19,365 bases of DNA from Promethearchaeota archaeon (GTDB lineage Archaea > Asgardarchaeota > Lokiarchaeia > Sigyniarchaeales > SOKP01), in contig JBHLON010000046.1 of assembly GCA_048940445.1 (NCBI GenBank), forward strand, positions 1 through 19,365, read 5' to 3'. The notes beneath the pieces were generated by a model. That model did not search any database, was not told where the DNA came from, and saw nothing but the letters and a program-made list of their open reading frames with translations. How positions within the stretch are numbered: the stretch's first letter is position 1; the number at the start of each line of letters is the position of its first letter. This document shows positions 15,845-19,365 of the stretch, in pieces. The position numbers and the translations under genes were made by a program.

Positions 15845-16357
15845 TTATAAAAAGATAATTTCAGCTTCAAGTTTACTCGTATCAATTAAAGCAAAAGAAC
15901 TTTTTCCCGTTAAATAACCGCAAACTTCACCAGGATTAACTACTAACACATCATTATTATATTTTTTGTTTACAAATACATGAGTATGGCCTGATAAAAT
16001 AATGTCAAAATTCCCCGATTTAGCTAATGCTTCAATAGTTTCTGGTCTCGGCATATGTGAGGCAAACACTCTTTTTCCGTCTATTTCCTTAATAATTTCA
16101 TGTCCATTTTCCGCAAATTTACATATTTGCCCTAAGTTTTTTCTTAAAAAAAAATGGTCCCCATCATTATTTCCAAACACTCCATAAAAATTCTCTTTCA
16201 AGTTTTGATTTAGATTATTAAACCATCGTCTTGTAAAAGCTGAACAATAATCACCACAATGTATCAATATATCTGCTTTTCTTTCATTCATGATAGAAAT
16301 TGCCCTTAAAATATTATTTTGATGGTCATGAGTATCTGAAATTACAGCTAATTTCAA
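15845..16357 (-). CDS. YfcE/MJ0936-family metallophosphoesterase
   Basis: ISDTH, HCGD, GNND, SH, GHTH and NPGE motifs. TTG start preceded by GAGGTG. Confidence 0.92.
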   Translation of the reverse strand: MKLAVISDTHDHQNNILRAISIMNERKADILIHCGDYCSAFTRRWFNNLNQNLKENFYGVFGNNDGDHFFLRKNLGQICKFAENGHEIIKEIDGKRVFASHMPRPETIEALAKSGNFDIILSGHTHVFVNKKYNNDVLVVNPGEVCGYLTGKSSFALIDTSKLEAEIIFL

Positions 16358-16492
16358 ATAATATACACCTCTTTTTGATTAAATTGAAATTATTATATAT
16401 TATAATAAAAACCAATAAAAATTGTTTGGGTAAAAAGTTATATTGTAAGACTAAATATTTATAGCATAAGAAATGAAAAAGTTGTACTCTCA

Positions 16493-17569
16493 ATGATTGA
16501 AGATTTCCTTAACAGAGAAAAAATGGTTATTGATAGTGAATTAGAAAAATATTTCAACCATCTCGATGAAATTGAAGATGAAATTCTATTAAAAGATTTT
16601 ATTTCCCAATTAAGAGAATTTGTGCTTAATAAAAAAGCAAAACGGTTGCATCCCATATTGTTAATCGCCAGCTTCACTGGAATTATAAATCCAATTTATT
16701 TAAATGAACAATTGGATCAACTTAGGAAAGTTTCTTTAGCAATGGAATTACTACATAGTGGGCATATAATCCATGATGATCTTATAGATGAGGAAGAAGA
16801 GAGAAGATCTAAACCAACATTTCACATCCAATTGACCAAAGAATTAGAAAAAATGTATAAAAATCTCGATTTTGTTCATAAAGAAGATTTTATAAAACTG
16901 TATGGGAGAGATATGAGCATCTTAGGTGGAACTCATGGATATTTACTCGGACTTAACGTACTTAAAAATTCAAAATTTCCTGATAATTTGAAGTTACTTG
17001 CAATTAATGAATACACTGACGCAATGGATTTTTTGATCAAGGGGCATATTGTTGAAGAATATATGCATTATCATAATTTAACAATGACATTGGAGCAGTA
17101 TCTTAATATAGCTGAAATGCAAAGAGCAAGATTATTTGAAAAATCTGCTAAAATAGGAGCAATATTGGCTAGAGGGAATTTACATTATCAGATAGAACCA
17201 TTGAGTGAAGCCCTACTAAGAATTGGACAAGCTTCTGCTATTCGAGATGATATACTGGATATGAACAGTGATATAAAAAGTAAGATAAAGAAAAATTTTG
17301 TATATATCTTAGCTATTCAAAATTCAAATGAAGATCAATCTAAACAATTAAATGAAATTTATCATAAAGATAAATTATCAAAGGATGATATAAAGATTGT
17401 ACAAAACATATTTGCAGAAACAAATTCAGTTATTACAGCAGAACACTTTTCAAAAAACTTAGTTTCTCAAGCAAAAAACTTCTTGAAAGACATTTATCCA
17501 GATCTTAATAAAGAACAAAAATTGTTCTTCAATGAATTCGCGGATTATATCTATATGAGGGAATTTTAA
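16493..17569 (+). CDS. Trans-isoprenyl diphosphate synthase (polyprenyl synthetase) family protein, divergent
   Basis: AKRLHP (cf. GKRLRP), ELLH, FARM HDDLID...RRSKPT and SARM RDDILD. Several other conserved motifs are altered. Confidence 0.85.
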   Translation: MIEDFLNREKMVIDSELEKYFNHLDEIEDEILLKDFISQLREFVLNKKAKRLHPILLIASFTGIINPIYLNEQLDQLRKVSLAMELLHSGHIIHDDLIDEEEERRSKPTFHIQLTKELEKMYKNLDFVHKEDFIKLYGRDMSILGGTHGYLLGLNVLKNSKFPDNLKLLAINEYTDAMDFLIKGHIVEEYMHYHNLTMTLEQYLNIAEMQRARLFEKSAKIGAILARGNLHYQIEPLSEALLRIGQASAIRDDILDMNSDIKSKIKKNFVYILAIQNSNEDQSKQLNEIYHKDKLSKDDIKIVQNIFAETNSVITAEHFSKNLVSQAKNFLKDIYPDLNKEQKLFFNEFADYIYMREF

Positions 17570-17582
17570 ATTCTCTTTTGCT

Positions 17583-18185
17583 TTATAATACTACAAAATT
17601 ACATTTCTGCTTTTTAAGCATTAGATTGCTCAATTTTTTGAAAACTTCTACAACATTATAGTTTTCTAATGATGATGTTTTGTAAAAAGCGTCTATCCCT
17701 TTTTTTACAACAAAATCATTTATCAATGCAACAGGAACTATCTCTTCCCGGGGTGTATTTTCAACTAAATCGAATTTACTTCCTACTAAAATTTTTGGAA
17801 TATTGGATCCATTGGCATGTTCTATCAATTGATTATTCCAAAAGTCTAATTGTGCAAATGTATTCTGATTTACCAAATCAAAAACTAAAAGTGCTCCGTT
17901 AGCACCACTTAAAAATTTTGGAATTAAAGGTTTGAATCTATCTTGGCCTCCAAAATCGAAAATTGAATTATTTATATAATTTTCCCCTGACTTATCAATA
18001 CGATCTTGATGATTTATCTTCAGATTTATTGAATGAAAATTAATACCAATAGTCATTGATGTGTCAAAATTGAATGAGTTAAAACAAAATCTATTAAATA
18101 AACATGTCTTTCCGGCAGATGGCCCTCCAACTATAACAGTTTTAAAGTTAAAGATTACGCTCCTTTCTTGTTCTTGAACTCTCAT
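17583..18185 (-). CDS. Rab-like small GTPase (Ras superfamily)
   Basis: G1 GGPSAGKT, G2 MTIGINF, G3 DFGGQDRF, FLSGANGALLVFDL, G4 variant SKFD, G5 TSS. Confidence 0.92.
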   Translation of the reverse strand: MRVQEQERSVIFNFKTVIVGGPSAGKTCLFNRFCFNSFNFDTSMTIGINFHSINLKINHQDRIDKSGENYINNSIFDFGGQDRFKPLIPKFLSGANGALLVFDLVNQNTFAQLDFWNNQLIEHANGSNIPKILVGSKFDLVENTPREEIVPVALINDFVVKKGIDAFYKTSSLENYNVVEVFKKLSNLMLKKQKCNFVVL

Positions 18186-18304
18186 ATAATCGAAATCATA
18201 TTTTTTCCTCTTAAGAAATTAAATTTTGCTTCTAAAAAAAAATTAATTAAATCTCTTTTTCATTATAACACTTAATTCCTAATATCAAGATCCTTTATAA
18301 TTTA

Positions 18305-19243
18305 ATGATTATAAAAATGGAACATAAAACGCTAAAAGCAGTCCCTGCAGAATATATTGTCATCAGACCACCAATCGAAGGTAGTTCGAATTCCATACTA
18401 ATCCCTGTAACTGGTGGATGTTCATGGAATCGATGTGCATTTTGTGGAACCTATAAGGGAATGTATGGAATAGTCCAAAATTATACTATTCGTCCCCTCG
18501 AAGAAGTATTACAAGATATAGATTATTATGCTGAACATAATTATCATGGTTTTCCTGTATTTTTAGCAGGAGGAAATCCTACTTCTGCCCCCACAGATTA
18601 TCTAGTTAAGATAATAAAGTACATTAGATTGAAGATTAAAGATGTACCAAGAGTAAGCTGCTATTCTAAAGCTTTAGATATATTGCGAAAATCAGATGAG
18701 GAACTTAAAGAATTGGCACATGCTGGATTAGATATTGTATATATGGGATTAGAAAGTGGAAGTAGTGTTATATTAAAGAAAATGAAAAAAGGAACTAATG
18801 CTGAATCAATGATTGAGGCAGGCAAACGTGTACTTAAAGCAGGTATAAAGCTTAGTTTATACATTATTCTTGGATTAGGTGGAAAAAAGCTTTCAAAAGA
18901 GCATGTTGAGGGGACTGCTAGAGTTTTAACAGAAATAAATCCAACAATATTTAGATTTCGAACTTTAAATATCGTTCCATATTCAGATCTTTTTGATGAA
19001 TATAATAATGGTGAATTTAAGTTATTATCACCAGTGGAAAATCTTATGGAAGAAAGAGATATAATTGCAAAATTAGGGGAAAATGTTACTTCTGAAGTAT
19101 ATAACGATCATTTCGTAAATTATTGTGATTTTGAATCGAAGAATATAAAAGAAGATCGAGATCTGTTCCTTAAAGCTCTTGATGCTTTAATTGATAATCC
19201 TAGAATTCAAAATTTGCCAAGAATTAATTTCACACGATTATAA
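18305..19243 (+). CDS. Radical SAM protein (same family as 5801-6715)
   Basis: IRPPIEGSSNSILIPVTGGCSWNRCAFC (CX4CX2C), FLAGGN, YMGLESG, ILGLGG and NDHFVNY. Alternative ATG at 18317. Confidence 0.88.
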   Translation: MIIKMEHKTLKAVPAEYIVIRPPIEGSSNSILIPVTGGCSWNRCAFCGTYKGMYGIVQNYTIRPLEEVLQDIDYYAEHNYHGFPVFLAGGNPTSAPTDYLVKIIKYIRLKIKDVPRVSCYSKALDILRKSDEELKELAHAGLDIVYMGLESGSSVILKKMKKGTNAESMIEAGKRVLKAGIKLSLYIILGLGGKKLSKEHVEGTARVLTEINPTIFRFRTLNIVPYSDLFDEYNNGEFKLLSPVENLMEERDIIAKLGENVTSEVYNDHFVNYCDFESKNIKEDRDLFLKALDALIDNPRIQNLPRINFTRL

Positions 19244-19365
19244 CTTCTCTTTTCTCGAAAGTTGTTAATTGATTAATATTACCATTTACGAAAACTATAT
19301 ATTTTTCATATTATAAATTGATAAAATTTTATAATATGCAGCTTCTTTATTAATAATATTTAAAT

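Noticed and set aside
15845-16357. Possible Vps29 (retromer) ortholog near a Rab-like gene
   Set aside because: It retains the full metal-binding set (DTH, GD, GNND, H, GHTH) of the widespread prokaryotic YfcE/MJ0936 phosphoesterases. Nothing visible makes it specifically Vps29.
6075-18864. Remaining short track ORFs (6075, 6441, 6983, 9214, 11028, 11351, 12086, 12375, 16002, 16459, 17669, 18661)
   Set aside because: All lie antisense to confident CDSs and have compositions typical of reverse-frame translations.
1-19365. CRISPR arrays, tRNA/rRNA, IS elements, long DNA repeats
   Set aside because: Intergenic gaps are all short (under about 200 bp) and AT-rich. I saw no repeat-spacer periodicity, GC-rich structured RNA, transposase or integrase.

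Overview
AT-rich, gene-dense archaeal window with 18 supportable protein-coding genes. I saw no rRNA, tRNA, CRISPR array or mobile element. The gene content points to an Asgard archaeon, probably Lokiarchaeia/Promethearchaeia-like (inference): two Rab-like small GTPases (one fused to an N-terminal roadblock domain), an Rpn11/CSN5-type MPN+/JAMM protein, a PCI-like winged-helix protein, and GGTGA-type Shine-Dalgarno sites. Metabolic genes are a SERCA-type P2A Ca2+-ATPase, an iron-sulfur flavoprotein, two radical SAM paralogs, sulfopyruvate decarboxylase comDE divergent from two tandem Zn-dependent dehydrogenases, an AMACR-like CoA-transferase, a YfcE/MJ0936 phosphoesterase and a divergent polyprenyl synthase. 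The best candidate for an undescribed system is 5065-9686, where a TPR protein, a JAMM isopeptidase fused to a SNAP-like TPR solenoid, a twin C2HC zinc-finger protein and a PCI-like protein sit together, resembling parts of a proto proteasome-lid/COP9-like deubiquitination module. Also notable is a double zinc ribbon missed by the ORF track. It is fused to a Bax-inhibitor-1-like membrane protein and appears to need an ATT start codon. All calls come from reading motifs by eye; no searches were run.
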